NCBI GenBank assembly: GCA_051530055.1
Contig: CM121342.1
Location: 4,959,489-5,023,488 of the forward strand
Direction: 5' to 3'
Length of the DNA: 64,000 bases
Origin: Neoechinorhynchus agilis
Taxonomy: Eukaryota; Animalia; Acanthocephala
The position numbers were made by a program, and so were the translations under genes. How positions within the stretch are numbered: the first letter of the stretch is position 1; each line of letters starts with the position of its first letter. Positions 52,096 to 64,000 of this stretch are shown piece by piece. The notes beneath the pieces were generated by a model that worked only from the letters and a program-made list of their open reading frames with translations, did no database searches and had not been told where the DNA came from.

Positions 52096-53948
52096 ATGAA
52101 TCTCCTCGTATCCAAGTGGTGTACTATATTTACTTTCCTTTCAATCGCGTCTCCTGCCATGAGTGAAGACGTGGTCGCTGCTTTGCGTTCAAAAGATGTT
52201 CGATTGCGTTGTGGCCCGTTCGATTTTCTCAATGATGTATCGTTTATTTGGTCCTTTGGTCGAGAATACGACAATGGGAGCACTCTCAACCAACAAAATA
52301 TTTTCTTAAACAACTTTTCACTTGAAAAGGACAGAGAAGATCTGAGTGTGGAGATTATTCAATCCAGATTAAGTACTAAAACGAAGAGTTCGATTGTTAA
52401 AATTGAACAATTGAATGAGACGAACGTGGGGGTTTACAGATGCGATGCGTTAATCGACGGAAATCGAACGAGTAAAGTGTACAGAGTTCATCTTTTCGGT
52501 AAGTTTTTTTGAGAGTCTAACAGGAAAATTAGTTGCTTAGCACCGTTTAGCTTCACCGAAAATAAGGAAGTTCCAGAAATCGGTTTATATTGAAGACGAA
52601 GATGCGGATTTTTTTGAGGAGTGTTCAGCAACTGAAGGTGTTCCGAACAATTCTTCGATTTATTGGCAAAAAGTCAAAGGACCGGTAAGTTCTCAAGGAA
52701 CCATGCACTGAAGCACTATTGTCTCTCGAAGTCGCATTTGTTGAGACATTGGCGAGCTGGCGACTTTTCCCTCTCAAACATAACCTTCTTTTAGGCTGCT
52801 CAAAAACGAACAAATTCATCAATCCTTCGTTTAAAATCGCTTCAATCCACAGACGCCGGCATTTACGAATGCGTTGCCACAAATGGTGTTACGGACGAAG
52901 ACCGCAAAAACATCACTCTTATTGTAAAATGTACGTAAATTTGCATTGTTCAAGTTAATGAGTTCCGTTTTTGATAGACAAACCAAAGGTTAAAGTAATC
53001 CAAGAAAACCTATGGCTTCTCGATAGAACTCAGCTTAAGATCGAATGCAAAGTGTTCGCATTCCCAGAAGCAGTTGTTTCATGGACGTTTAGGAACGCTT
53101 CTCTGCCCGTCGACGTATCAGTGGTCCAGCAGTCAAACTCATTTGAGGTTGGTAATTTCCACAGATTAGTAGTCGGTCAACAATACGTAAAGAAAACCTC
53201 GACCGTTTTTGTACCACCTCAAGCTAAGTTTTCCGGTGAGTACAAGTGCGAAGCTACCAATGAACAGGGTGAGTCGAGTGTGATTGTGCGAGTGAACGCA
53301 AGACCGAATGCTATAATGGCGATTTCGGTCGAGAATTCGTCGAGGTTCAGCGATGCCTGTGTGCTGAAATGGAGCTTGAGTTCTGGAACCCAGATTCATC
53401 AATACATTTTACAAATCAAACAAACAACAAACACAACCAATTATCGCAATCACAGTTTCGTACGGTCGTCGAATTCGGTTGGTTGGTCGTCCAATCGGAC
53501 TCAACAGCATCGAAGAAAGGACATGTTTACAGTAACAAACCTTCAACCGAATTCAACGTATGAATGGAGGATCCGTGCCAAGAATGTATTCGGTGAAAGC
53601 AATTGGAGCGATGTGTTCAAATGTCAAACCCATTCAGGTATGCATTTTCAAAAAAAACACGAAACATCTAGCGATTTTACTCCCGTTGTTGTAGATCCAC
53701 AAAAACAATACGTCCAACTGGCACCTAATACCGACTATGGAAGTAGATTGAAGGCAACGACGAAACTTCAGCGATCCTTTCAGAGATTAAGAAATGAAAG
53801 TTTTAAATCTAAAGGTCAGGAGAGCTTTTACCGAAATCGTTTCATTTTTCTTTAAAAAAACTCAGAATTAAGAAACAAAGCAGGACCATTGAACATGGCA
53901 ATCAATTCATTTGTCATATTGGGCTCGTTTGTATGGATTCGCGTTTGA
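52096..53948 (+). CDS. Immunoglobulin-superfamily surface protein: signal peptide, ~3 Ig, 1 FN3, hydrophobic C-terminus (probable GPI anchor)
   Basis: MNLLVSKWCTIFTFLSIASPAMS; Ig motifs LRC..W..NVGVYRC, DAGIYEC, IEC..W..FSGEYKC; FN3 LQPNSTYEWRIRAKNVFGES. A phase-1 intron at 53815-53865 leads to ELRNKAGPLNMAINSFVILGSFVWIRV*. Confidence 0.75.
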
Positions 53949-54165
53949 GCGAGAAATTTCTGAAATGTCAAATAAAACTCACATTGTCCATAATTTCAAA
54001 GGGAAAATAAAATTAAACGTAGAAAAAAATAGACAACCGACTTCACAGGTCCAGAGCCTTCGAAATGTTCCATTGGTTGTTTTATGTGGCGAAGAAATTA
54101 AAATCATCATTTATAAAACAACAACGAATATAAACAGTTCAATCTTCAAACAAATACTTTTGGTG

Positions 54166-54337
54166 AAAATAATCGTTCGGCCAAACAAAGATATTTGATT
54201 TATAGGGGAAATATTTCGCGAGGACGAAAATCTCGCCTCCTCCTAAGTCATTGTTTTCGCAGGAAAATACAATAAAGCTTTTCGTGAAATATTTGCCCTA
54301 TAAATCAAATATCTTTGTTTGACCGAAGGATTATTTT
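54166..54337. repeat. Palindrome with ~55-bp arms (MITE-like); a related half-copy lies at ~21935-21990
   Basis: AAAATAATCGTTCGGCCAAACAAAGATATTTGATTTATAGGGGAAATATTTCGCGA / TCGTGAAATATTTGCCCTATAAATCAAATATCTTTGTTTGACCGAAGGATTATTTT. Confidence 0.9.
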
Positions 54338-54759
54338 AACCAACCAGAAGGATTTTCTCTGTCGATTACACTTCAAACAAATGTTAACGGCAAGGAGGTT
54401 TGGACAGCACCTTTCCATAAAAATAAAGTTTTGTTCAATCGATTCATAATGAAAAATTGGGAGTGGATGTTTCGTCACGCAAAATCCATTTGGGGAGCAG
54501 ACAATGGGAAATAATAATCCAATTTCTACGTTATATCAAGTCGAGCTCGATGTAGCGAATAAGAACAATGGAGAAACTAATGAAACGAATTAAATGGGAA
54601 ATTGCGATTGAAACTTGCAAGAAAGCATTTAGGAAGTAATCTGAATGCAATTTATGTACAGTTGAGAGGAAAAATCGCAACTGTGCTCATGTCACGTCGT
54701 CAAAAAGAATCAAAGAACACGAACGATACCGTGTCTGAAAAACTTATCCTACAAGGGAA

Positions 54760-55260
54760 CGAGCGAACAAACAAAAGGTGATTCCTCCGTTGTACTGCGC
54801 GATTTGGAGACGCTGATTAGGGAAACTGCGAGATTGGGCGTTGAGCTCAATGCTGGAAAGTGTGAGCTTCTAGTATTGAATACTGGAGACGCCGCGTCAA
54901 AGTCTCTAGGTCTTAAACTCGTGACTCGGGAACAACTCAGCCTTCTGGGTAGTTGCGTCTTTGATTCAAATGTGAAAGCTGAAATCGGCCATATCATACC
55001 GAAACTTTCGTTGCTGTGCGATAGGATGAGCGCCCTTTCGGCTCATGAAGCGTTATTTCTGATAAAGAACGCACTCGGTATCCCCAAAGCAACATTCTTC
55101 AAACATAAGGAAGGATTGGCTAAACTCGACGACAAGGTGAACGCTTGTCTCGAGCGTATTTTAAATGTCCAGCTCTCAGATGAGATGTGGCGACAAGCTT
55201 CATTGCCTGTGTCATCTGGGGGATTCTGGCACTAGTAGACGTTGCCAGCCTTTCTTGGAT
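54760..55260 (+). mobile_element. CRE-like non-LTR retrotransposon fragment (RT C-terminal/thumb region)
   Basis: LGVELNAGKCE, LSLLGS, HEALFLIKNALGIPK, WRQASLPVSSGG. Confidence 0.7.
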
Positions 55261-55736
55261 CGTTTGAGGGGAGTCAATCGATAGCGAAGAAAATTCTGAG
55301 GGAAAAGTTTTCTCTTGACCAAGACTTTGTGGTGGCAGTTGAAGAATGGTGCCAGCAGGAATTCTCAATGGCGAATTGTTACACACAAAAGTTTTATTGA
55401 ACTCTTCATTGCGAATTCTCAAGGCCTCATCCTCCTCCTCGAGCATTGCTTTAAGTTCTTAAATATGAGAGCTCATTTAATGCAAGCATTTTATTAAAAC
55501 GTCGATTAAAAAGTTTTACGAGGATTAGTTTGATGATATTAAATACAGTTTGCTTTCAATTGTATTGTTTGCAAGTGTCTGCGAAAAACTCGAGTGTGTA
55601 ATAATTCGCCATTGAAAATACAAATCAACTCGAAGGAATAACTGGATGGAATTATTGGAATATTGCCAAAACCGATCATTTCCGGCGTTATCGCATCAAA
55701 AGATTTTCAATTTTTCAGAAAAGTGGATTGGAAATA

Positions 55737-55856
55737 TCAGTGACGCGTTTTAGATACGAAAGAATGTTAAAGTGTCGTTTTGAGTCTCAGTGACGTATTC
55801 AGGATACGAAAGAATGTTAAAGTGTCGTTTTGAATGTTAGTGACGCGTTTTAGATG
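55737..55856. repeat. ~50-bp tandem repeat (about 2.4 copies), also present at 63960-64000
   Basis: CAGTGACG...GATACGAAAGAATGTTAAAGTGTCG.T.TGA. Confidence 0.8.
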
Positions 55857-55921
55857 GAGGATCGGGTGAAGGGGTTCCTGCCTTTTTATAGGTTGCCAAA
55901 CGAACCTACGCTAACAATGCA

Positions 55922-57040
55922 TCAAAGATGTTGTTTTATGAAACATTTTAAGACGACGGATTTGAGATTTGGAAAGGTTGCAAAAGACGGGATAACCGTA
56001 GGAGAGGGAAGGTAAAATAAAGCAGAAGTAAAAATTGTGGAGATCGGGTGACGAGATTCAAAAATGTCGGAGGCGCTTGAGAAGATAATTTTTAAAGGTG
56101 TTGTGCTTGAGGGAGATGAGGTTACTCGTAGGATGTCATTTAGAAGCTCAATGAAAGATGTGGGGTTGCGGGAGAGAGAAGGGATCATTTCGAAGCATTT
56201 GGATAATTTGAGATGGAGTTTGTTATTGGTGCAGAAATCTTTTATGTGTGTGATTTCGTTAGAGGTTAAGAGAGGCGGGGTGGTGAATGGATGATGAGGG
56301 TGATATCGTCGGCGTACGGGAAGAGTTTAGAGTGAGAGGAGAGAGGTCATTTAGGAAAATATTAAAGAAAAGTGGTGACAGCACCTTGAGGTACGCCTTT
56401 GGTGAGGGATAGGTTGATAGAAGGGGTAGAACGGCAGTGAATGTATTGTTTGCGATTGTGAATATAAGATTCGAGCCAGCGGATCTGCCACAAGTTGAGA
56501 TCGGGAGTCGAATGCTTTCGATAAATCAAGTTGAATGAGACGGGTGATTCGAGAGGGATTATTGTCACAGTTGCGTAAAAGTGTGTCATAAATGTAAAGT
56601 AGGGCACCAGTTGCAAAAAATTTGGGCCGGAACCCGAATTGTAGGAGCGATAACTTTTCGTTGAGAAGTGAAAGAAAGTGAGTTTTAAAACATTTTTCGA
56701 TGATTTTTGAAAGAGCGGCATGTAGAATGGAAATTGGACGGAATGATTCGGCCGAAATAGGATGTCCTTTTTTTTGGAACAAGGATGACTTTAGCAGACA
56801 AAGACGATTGGCTGAAGGAGGACGATAGATACCGTTAATGGTTAAATTTCGGCTGCCTGAGCGAAGTTTGAGCGAGAGAGCGTTATGTAGATGAGTTGAA
56901 GGGCAGAGGGGGAAGATGGAGACTGCCTCCTACGCGTTTGTCTCTGTAGGAGTGTAAAGAAGTGTAACCAGGAATTGAAGCGGTGTCGGAATTAGAGGAA
57001 TGCCGCCATGTTTCAACAATGGTGAAAATGTATGCGTTTG
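55922..57040 (-). mobile_element. Decayed APE-RT LINE (CR1/L2/Jockey-like) reverse transcriptase
   Basis: FRPISIL, LQFGFRP, LDLSKAFD, RWLESYI..RKQ, GVPQGA and FPYADD across frameshifts. Confidence 0.85.
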
Positions 57041-57354
57041 TGGAAGAGGCCAATAGCGAAAGATGGTCCAGCGAGACTAAAATAGAAAGAAAATTAGTTG
57101 TTTTTAATACTTTTGAAGATGCGTTGTTTTTAACGTTAAAAGTGTAAATCTAAAGCTTTTTTGGGGCTTTAGGAAAACCAAAATAGAAAAGATATGGTAA
57201 CCCACGGTCTTTTAAATATCTCAAGAAACAAATTCAAAGTGAGATAAATTTTACTACGTGAGGTAACCTCCACACATGTTTCAAGTAAACATTTTTTAAG
57301 AAATTTAGTATAAAAGCGGGGACAACACTCCTAGTCCTCTAACAAAATATTGCA

Positions 57355-58524
57355 ATGAAACTCCAACTCTTTCTCTTAAGTTTTCTAGTTGGTTTACTGG
57401 TTTGCGAAGATGAAAGGCCGTCAGACCAATGCGCTATCATAGAACCAATCGATGTGGATTTTGCGATTCTGTGTGGTTTCAGCCATGACAATGCCACTAC
57501 ACTTATTGAAGCTTTAAATTCAAAAGCAAATGAATCAGTAGTCAGTCTTGCAATTGCAGGTGTTGGTATCGATGAAATTCCAACCAATCTATCTGACATT
57601 CTAAAAAACGTTACGGCTCTAAAACTTGGATATCAGCCTTCGAGGGAATATGAGATATGCACAAAAATTTTCTATAACATTAAGCAACTGGAATTGGACG
57701 ACATGAATATAAGTGAAATGAAATTCATTCAAAAACATCCAAATCTCACGGCTTTAACAATTTCAGGTGGAGCGATGGAACAATTGGATAAATCATTTGG
57801 GACAAACCTTCCTAATCTTAGAATGCTCTCTGTTAATTCTACTAAACTGTCAAGCCTTGGAGTAATCAAAAAGATGTGCTCACTGCGGTACTTAATCCTG
57901 AATGAAAATAAGATAACTTCACTCGATATTGACAACACAACTTGTTTCCAAAACCTTACTGATCTCGATCTGTACGGAAACGCCATTAAATCAGTCGCAA
58001 TCGATCACAGCGCCCTACCAGAACTCAGAAATCTTAATATTGATTTCCTCGGCGATCTTAATCAATTAATCAAAAGTCTGAACTTACCAGAGCTAAAAAG
58101 ATTGATCGTGAGAAAGTCGAATAGTACGATATTTAATGTTTCTAACCTGGAAAACTTACCTAAGCTGAAAGCTTTATATTTCGAACAAGGCAAATTGGAA
58201 AGAGTACCGATTGGTAACCAACAAACTAATGCTAATATATCAAGTCTTAACCTTGCCAAGAACAATATCAGTACTGTGAATGGATCTGATTTTGAAGGAT
58301 GGACAAATCTACGCCAACTTTATTTAAATCACAACAAAATCAAGGAGTTATCAGAGAATTCATTCTCGAATCTGACTAAATTAAGGGTTCTTGATCTACA
58401 AAACAACAATATTTCGCAACCATACACCACTGATTTCCTAGGTTTACCAAACACTACAAGAGTGCTTCTTGACGGAAACCCGATAACTACTATTCCGCCA
58501 TCTACTACAACCGAGCCTAATTAA
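57355..58524 (+). CDS. Intronless secreted leucine-rich-repeat protein (389 aa)
   Basis: Signal peptide MKLQLFLLSFLVGLLVC; repeated LxxLxLxxNxI units (LRYLILNENKI, LRQLYLNHNKI, LRVLDLQNNNI); ends LDGNP plus a short Thr-rich tail, no TM. Confidence 0.85.
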   Translation: MKLQLFLLSFLVGLLVCEDERPSDQCAIIEPIDVDFAILCGFSHDNATTLIEALNSKANESVVSLAIAGVGIDEIPTNLSDILKNVTALKLGYQPSREYEICTKIFYNIKQLELDDMNISEMKFIQKHPNLTALTISGGAMEQLDKSFGTNLPNLRMLSVNSTKLSSLGVIKKMCSLRYLILNENKITSLDIDNTTCFQNLTDLDLYGNAIKSVAIDHSALPELRNLNIDFLGDLNQLIKSLNLPELKRLIVRKSNSTIFNVSNLENLPKLKALYFEQGKLERVPIGNQQTNANISSLNLAKNNISTVNGSDFEGWTNLRQLYLNHNKIKELSENSFSNLTKLRVLDLQNNNISQPYTTDFLGLPNTTRVLLDGNPITTIPPSTTTEPN

Positions 58525-59012
58525 AATCCATAAATGGAACAGAGTCAATAAATTAAATGATGCTTAAGTGTGGATTTGCGCACTAAATTCGTGAAATTGC
58601 GTTAAAAAAGTCAAAGGACTTCGAAATCAATGAGCATGCAATAACCATCCAATGCCGTGTTCCTCCGAAACTAATTTTAAAGTAAAATCATTCCATTCTC
58701 GTCCCGCCCTCCTACTTTTCTAACATTCCATACAACGTATCGAAAATCCCTCCTTCCATTCATTTTATTTCCATTGCTGGATAAAATCTTTGCCGTTTAC
58801 TTTAAGTTGATTTTAATTAATGCGAGAATCTTTGAATGTGATTTCCAACAACCAATGAGTAAGTTACAATTGGTATAAACATTTAGATGTGAATTTTAAA
58901 ACTGCTTTGTAACATCAAAACTGCAACCGGTTCGCATATCGAATTTATTTAAATGAAGTATATCAAATAAATACTTTTATAACACGTTAGATCACTGCTC
59001 TGGATCACTCCG

Positions 59013-59390
59013 CCGGGGTCCAGTGGCCGTGTGGCATAAGCGCGTTCATAATGCGCTCGATATATCGATGGTTCAGCGGAACTGGTCGCTGGGTTTTCCG
59101 AGGGGGTTGCGAGGCTGCTGGAAGAGTAGAAATCCGGTTTGAGATCAGTTGACCCTGTCCCTTCGAGTGTGGCTCAGCGCCTCCGATGTGTGCAAGTCAG
59201 CCGAAAGGCTCCAGAAAAAAGGAATATAGCCGAGACCCTCCCAAAAGATGTCACAAACTAACAAGTGTATGAGGCCTTGATAATAAATTAATAGATCACT
59301 CAGCTGCCGTTTTGGTGTAACGGTCGAATGAGCGTTTAACCGTGTTGCACAGCTAAACTTATCTTTTGTAGGAGGAATGCTCTTGATCTC
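59013..59390 (+). other. GC-rich island beginning with a tRNA-like A box; possible SINE or structured RNA
   Basis: GTGGCCGTGTGGCATAAGCGCG resembles a tRNA D-arm; hairpins such as AGCC-GAAA-GGCT; no intact B box. Confidence 0.3.
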
Positions 59391-59749
59391 GGAACGCCAG
59401 TAATTCGTCGGAGCACTGATTCACTCGCTCAAAGAATTAACAAAAAGAAGAGCGAGTAATCAATATTATTTTCCGTAAATCCTTCATTACTTCAGGTTTT
59501 GTTCGTCGTTTAATATTGTTTTGCTCTGGACTTGGTGAAGGTAAAATGTTTCCCGTTTGTTAAAAGAGAATCTAATTCTGGATTGAGTAAAACCATACTT
59601 TGGATAAAAATGTTTTATGAAAAGGTAATAAAAGCTTCCTATTTGGTATTTTTCATAAAAATGTCAAAAAAAATTGAGCCTGAGCTCGGGAGGTCGTCCT
59701 CTTACGAAAAAGCACAGGAAACCCGCTAAAAAGTGGTTTTGCCCCACAT

Positions 59750-59990
59750 TAACATTCCTAACATCATCGAGCCAAACAATCTAGGACGTTTCGATACAAG
59801 ACGCCCGGATGGAATGATAGTTTTTCCCTGGAGCCGTGAACGCTGTCTTATGTGGGAAGCGACATGAACCGACACTTTGACCAAGTGCGACCGCGAAGTT
59901 GCGAAAAAATGCGCCGGCGTGGAGAGATACAGCAATCTCGCCGATCAGATTTTATCTTTGCTCCATTCGGCGCCGTCAGTCTCACTTCGC
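59750..59990 (+). mobile_element. CRE-like endonuclease fragment, decayed
   Basis: IPNIIEPNNLGRFDTRRPDGMIVFPWSRERCLMWEAT* (read in a frame not in the ORF track). Confidence 0.7.
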
Positions 59991-60444
59991 TTCCTTCCCA
60001 TTGGGCATCTACAAGTGCTCCAGCGGCTTATTTAGTTTACCCTTCCAAACGATGGCCCCTATATAGTCAACATCAAATCCTATCATCTCAAAAAAAACTA
60101 TATATGAGCTAATCATCACGACTTGGGCACGATCGTTGAACAATGACGGAATTTTCTTATTGCACAGCCTTACACGTCCATAAAGAATTATTAACATGGA
60201 TGCACTTCTTCCTTTTCTATAGTTGTGTTGTTGGTCAATACCAATCGAGGCAACGAATAAAACTAACAAGGATTCAGATTCCTTTACCAATCGTCTCGCT
60301 TCTTGTTCCGATAAAAAGATTAAAAATTGGTCGTTTTCCATTAGGGACATTTTATAGGTTCGGCTCAAGACCGGATAAAAGTCCGAATTGTTAGAATCCT
60401 TTGTATAAAATATTCTAAAAATTGAAGACTCCACCTTCGCATAC

Positions 60445-61080
60445 CTACAAATGTTCAGACAAAAATAATTTATGCAAAAATGGCTCAAAAGGGTCTCCAT
60501 CGAAGTTCAATTTAAAAAATAATTTACATAGTTTATCATTAAAAGTTTTAAAACAGGAAATCCGTAGTCCTGGAGGTCTACCGCACGCAAAGAAGCACAA
60601 TGACCCTCCTACAATACTTTTGAGTGCACGGACAAGGGTTGGGAAAGGAACCAGGAGATGCCTTGAGCGTTTGATTATAGATTTAATTTTTAGAGAACGT
60701 ACACTTCGGAGAAGTATTAATAAAAATTGGGTTTTGTGTAGAAGGGAAGTCAATTCCCAGCACACGAGAGTGCTTTTTGATGGTAAAAGCTTGATAAAAT
60801 GGGGTGTGGTAAATAGAAGAGCAAGAGATTTCCTTGGGCCGTAAGACTTAGTGAGCGGAATTATAAAAGATTTGTTAAGATTCAAAATAAGATTTCCTTT
60901 AGAGAGAGTAGAGACAAGGTTTTCGAGGTAAGAAGAGAGTTTAGAAACAATGAAACCACTGAAGCGAGCTTTGCAAAAGAGAAAAATGCCGTCCGCGTAA
61001 ATAATTGGACGGATAAAATCGTAGCTATTGATGACGTTAAAAATCAATAACATGGCAATCAGGAAGAGAGTGTGCGACAA
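60445..61080 (-). mobile_element. Highly decayed LINE RT-like fragment
   Basis: IIYADGIFLF (YADD-like) followed by an L.LN..KS segment; otherwise degenerate. Confidence 0.4.
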
Positions 61081-61499
61081 TGGAGAACCTTGAGGAACAC
61101 CATAGCGAGAAAAGAATTTCGTGTTACATGAATAGAAGGATTGGGATTCGATACAGGAAGACGATTTATGACCTCATTGAGCGCATTTCTGGCATATTGT
61201 CAAATTAAAATCATAAATAGACGGGCTTATTAAAGAAAAGGTGACCCAATATAAATATAGTCCAAGACCAGATCCACTTAAGCGGGGCTGAGCAAAGAAT
61301 AGCGTAGGGCTGCGAGTTCGGAAATCTGGACAGGTACTTGATTGCTTTAAAGCCGTGGGACTTTTCTATTTCGCCAAAATCCTCTTTAGAGAGATCTGAA
61401 GCCGGGTTAAACATTAGAAACGTTACTGTTCTTGATTTATCTATAAATTTCATTTTCAAACCGTGTAACATTTTGACAAATAATTCTTTACCTCTTATG

Positions 61500-61770
61500 T
61501 GAAGCGCATATTTGTCTTCTTTGGTTCTTTTTCCCAAATTGTTTGTTTGGCCTACATAGGATTTATTCCATTCGACGCGGGGAATCTCGTACGTTTTCCT
61601 TTCACACTCATCTCGTTTCTTAACCATGGAGCTTAATGGTCGAGCTTTCTTCGTGTCGATATCTTTAGGCGCAACTTCCTTTATCAGATTGTTAATTGTA
61701 CTGAATAACTCATCATCGACGAATGGTGAACCTATGAAAGTCCTTCGTTTGGACTCCCGGCACACTGCTT
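61500..61770 (-). mobile_element. Penelope-like GIY-YIG endonuclease remnant
   Basis: TYEIPRVEWNKSYVGQTNNLGKRTKED matches the VYxIPCxxCxxxYIGQT..L..R..EH pattern with the Cys residues lost. Confidence 0.6.
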
Positions 61771-62743
61771 TCCTTTCATGAAGCCATTTTTATCTTAGAG
61801 ATTGGATATCCCTTTCCTTTGAGCATATTGCTAACTCATTATTGAGGGAATCTTGGTTGGAATTCAATTTCCTAGTCGGCGTTTGCATTATTCTTACATA
61901 ATTAACAGCTAAAGGACATTGGCGTTATCGGTCTTAATATCACGCGGATTCTTTATTTCCTAACAGTCGCTTGCTTTATTCTTGTACCGAATACGTTTTG
62001 GATTTTCTAACTCAATGGAATTTAACTTAGATTTAAATTCAGTTGATTAACCAAATTTCTTGATATTTCTCCATTTCCTAACAGTCTCTTGCGTGATTCT
62101 TGTACCGAATACGTGCGGGATTTTCTGACTTCATCGAATTTTTATTATCAAGTTCAACGTCTCAGCTCGCCGCCTAGCAGCTTCGTCAGCATCGCTAATA
62201 ATCGTTCTTTATCTTTGGCTTGCGACCCAAACTTCAATGATTTAGAATCGTAGCTTTAACAACCCGTAGTAGCATCCGCCCCTTCCTTATTGATATCCAT
62301 CGACTTATTCAAGTTGTGAACTGGTATTATCTGCCGAATTCACCGTCTAAGCAGAGAACCGGGGTGAATGGTACATACAGAAAGCAGTTTAAGATGATTC
62401 CAGTCGATTGCTATTTTAATGACGAATCCGCGGCTCAATATTGCGTTGAACTGTTTGAACATGGTGATTCCATTAAAGATGACGGAGTCTGCAAAATGTG
62501 GTCTTATAAATTAATCCAATCGCAAATAACGATTGAACAACTAAACTACGCCCACGACGGGGTTGAAAATCGTTTTCTCATGAACGTTTTGGACGAATCG
62601 ACTACTGTAGTCGTGCGTCAAATAATGCTATGCACAACCAAAAACATTTCTTTAAAAATATAGCTGGGCCAATTTTAATCTCTTCGTACAATCCGTCACA
62701 AAATGCCTTTTAACTTCTTTAAATTAATTCCCGAACTCTCACA

Positions 62744-63910
62744 TTAATCTTCATTTGTTATATCCTGTAGCTCCGATACTTGCTCGTCTTTTGGCTTCCT
62801 CCGCATCCAACTAAACGTTTCTCTTGCACATTGTCGTAGCCCCTTCATATCAGAAAGTTCAGAAATCGTATGGTATTTTGTCTCAGGTAAATAAATTATC
62901 AGTATGGCAACAAAAAGTGCAAATCCTCCAATCGAGAGCATAATTTCTAGTCTCTAAGAAGTCAGTTGATCCTTCGGTTATGATTTCAGCGAAAAATAAA
63001 GCAAATCCGAATCCGAATTGTCTGTATTTTGTTGGAAATAGCTCAGGCTGCTTGATTGCCTGAAGGACAGCAAATTTTGTGGACATGAGTACAAGCAAAA
63101 GATTGCGTGGAATTTCATTGCGATGCCACATGAGATAATTTGGGGAATTTCAATAATTGCTGTGATGAAGAAATGGAGGTCGACGTTGGACGAAAATGCG
63201 GACGCTGATAGTGTAAATCCGAAATAACCAAAAAAGCCAATGAAATCAGGAGACATCCACAAAACAACGAATATGGAAACACAATTGACGAAAACATTGC
63301 TTTTAAGTTTTTCTTTATCCGATTTGGCAGCGGGACATGAGTTTGGGCCTCTGAATCATCAACGATTAGTCCGATAGTGTGGTCAATCGAACAAAACATT
63401 GTATCTTGTTGTTTGGCTTCGGTTAATATCTTATTTACATCAGCTTTTCGTTTATAAACTTTCTCTCATAATCCAATAATAGAGTACAGTGATTGCGACT
63501 GGAATATAAACTGTAAAATAAAGATCCCGCCATCCTCTAACAAAATAAGCGAATAAATCCAAGACATTATAGACGGGAAGCCTTGGTATTCCGCTGCAAA
63601 GACTTCAACAGTGAGAATAGCAAATTCCAGATAAAAAACGAAATACTATAAATAAATATAAGATGATTCCGATCAATAAGAAAGATATAATGATTTTAAC
63701 TGATCGGAAGCATCCGATTTAGATGGTATTTGAAAGCGCACAGCCGATTCCGCATATGATATTGAGCCAAGTTCCGAGAAGAGCAATTGGTTTCTTACCA
63801 AAGTTGTCGCCAAACATTGACAAAACCGCTGCCCCAATTCCTGCTCCTATGAAAAAGGCTGGCTGGGGAATATCCTTTAGGTATTCCCGATCGCAATCAG
63901 CGATCTGTCA
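62744..63910 (-). CDS. SLC22/organic-cation-transporter-like MFS permease; upstream exon(s) not resolved, probably outside the window
   Basis: DCDREYLKDIPQPAFFIGAGIG...DNFGKKP; ELFPTKYRQFGFG; YLPETK; stop at 62744. Confidence 0.75.
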
Positions 63911-64000
63911 TCGGGAAGCGGGTGGATGTAGCCGTTAGGACAAGGTATTGTTTTATTTGACAGTGAATACGAAAGAATGTTAAAGTGTCGCTATGAATCT

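Noticed and set aside
62316-62663. 115-aa plus-strand ORF
   Set aside because: Non-ATG start and no recognisable motif.

Overview
Compact animal (invertebrate-like) nuclear DNA, AT-rich, with many 42-70 nt GT-AG introns. It is not prokaryotic and contains no CRISPR array or rRNA. The genes were reconstructed by eye across splice sites: Raf kinase (5'-partial, with a U12-type intron), a LAR-type receptor tyrosine phosphatase, a 5-HT7-like GPCR, a GAS2-like CH+GAR protein, an intronless BAF/HhH-like protein, ERK, PIG-W, a TENT4/Trf4-like nucleotidyltransferase, a probably GPI-anchored Ig/FN3 protein, an intronless secreted LRR protein and a partial SLC22 transporter. Between them lie decayed retrotransposon fragments (CRE-like, CR1/L2-like, Penelope-like), a DD37E Tc1/mariner remnant, a 1.7-kb duplication and several tandem arrays. 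The most striking signals are RNA-level and structural. (1) A complete hammerhead ribozyme core whose three strands are in a non-circularly permuted order (27927-27991), directly behind a tRNA-like Pol III head. (2) A 5 x 179-bp array in which every unit carries a minimal type-I hammerhead with an extra core A (retrozyme-like). (3) A 2-kb array of ~246-bp rod-like palindromic units whose loops occur in both orientations, related to dispersed palindromes that share an ATATTTCG inner motif. Nothing was computed beyond the supplied ORF track; family assignments rest on recalled motifs.
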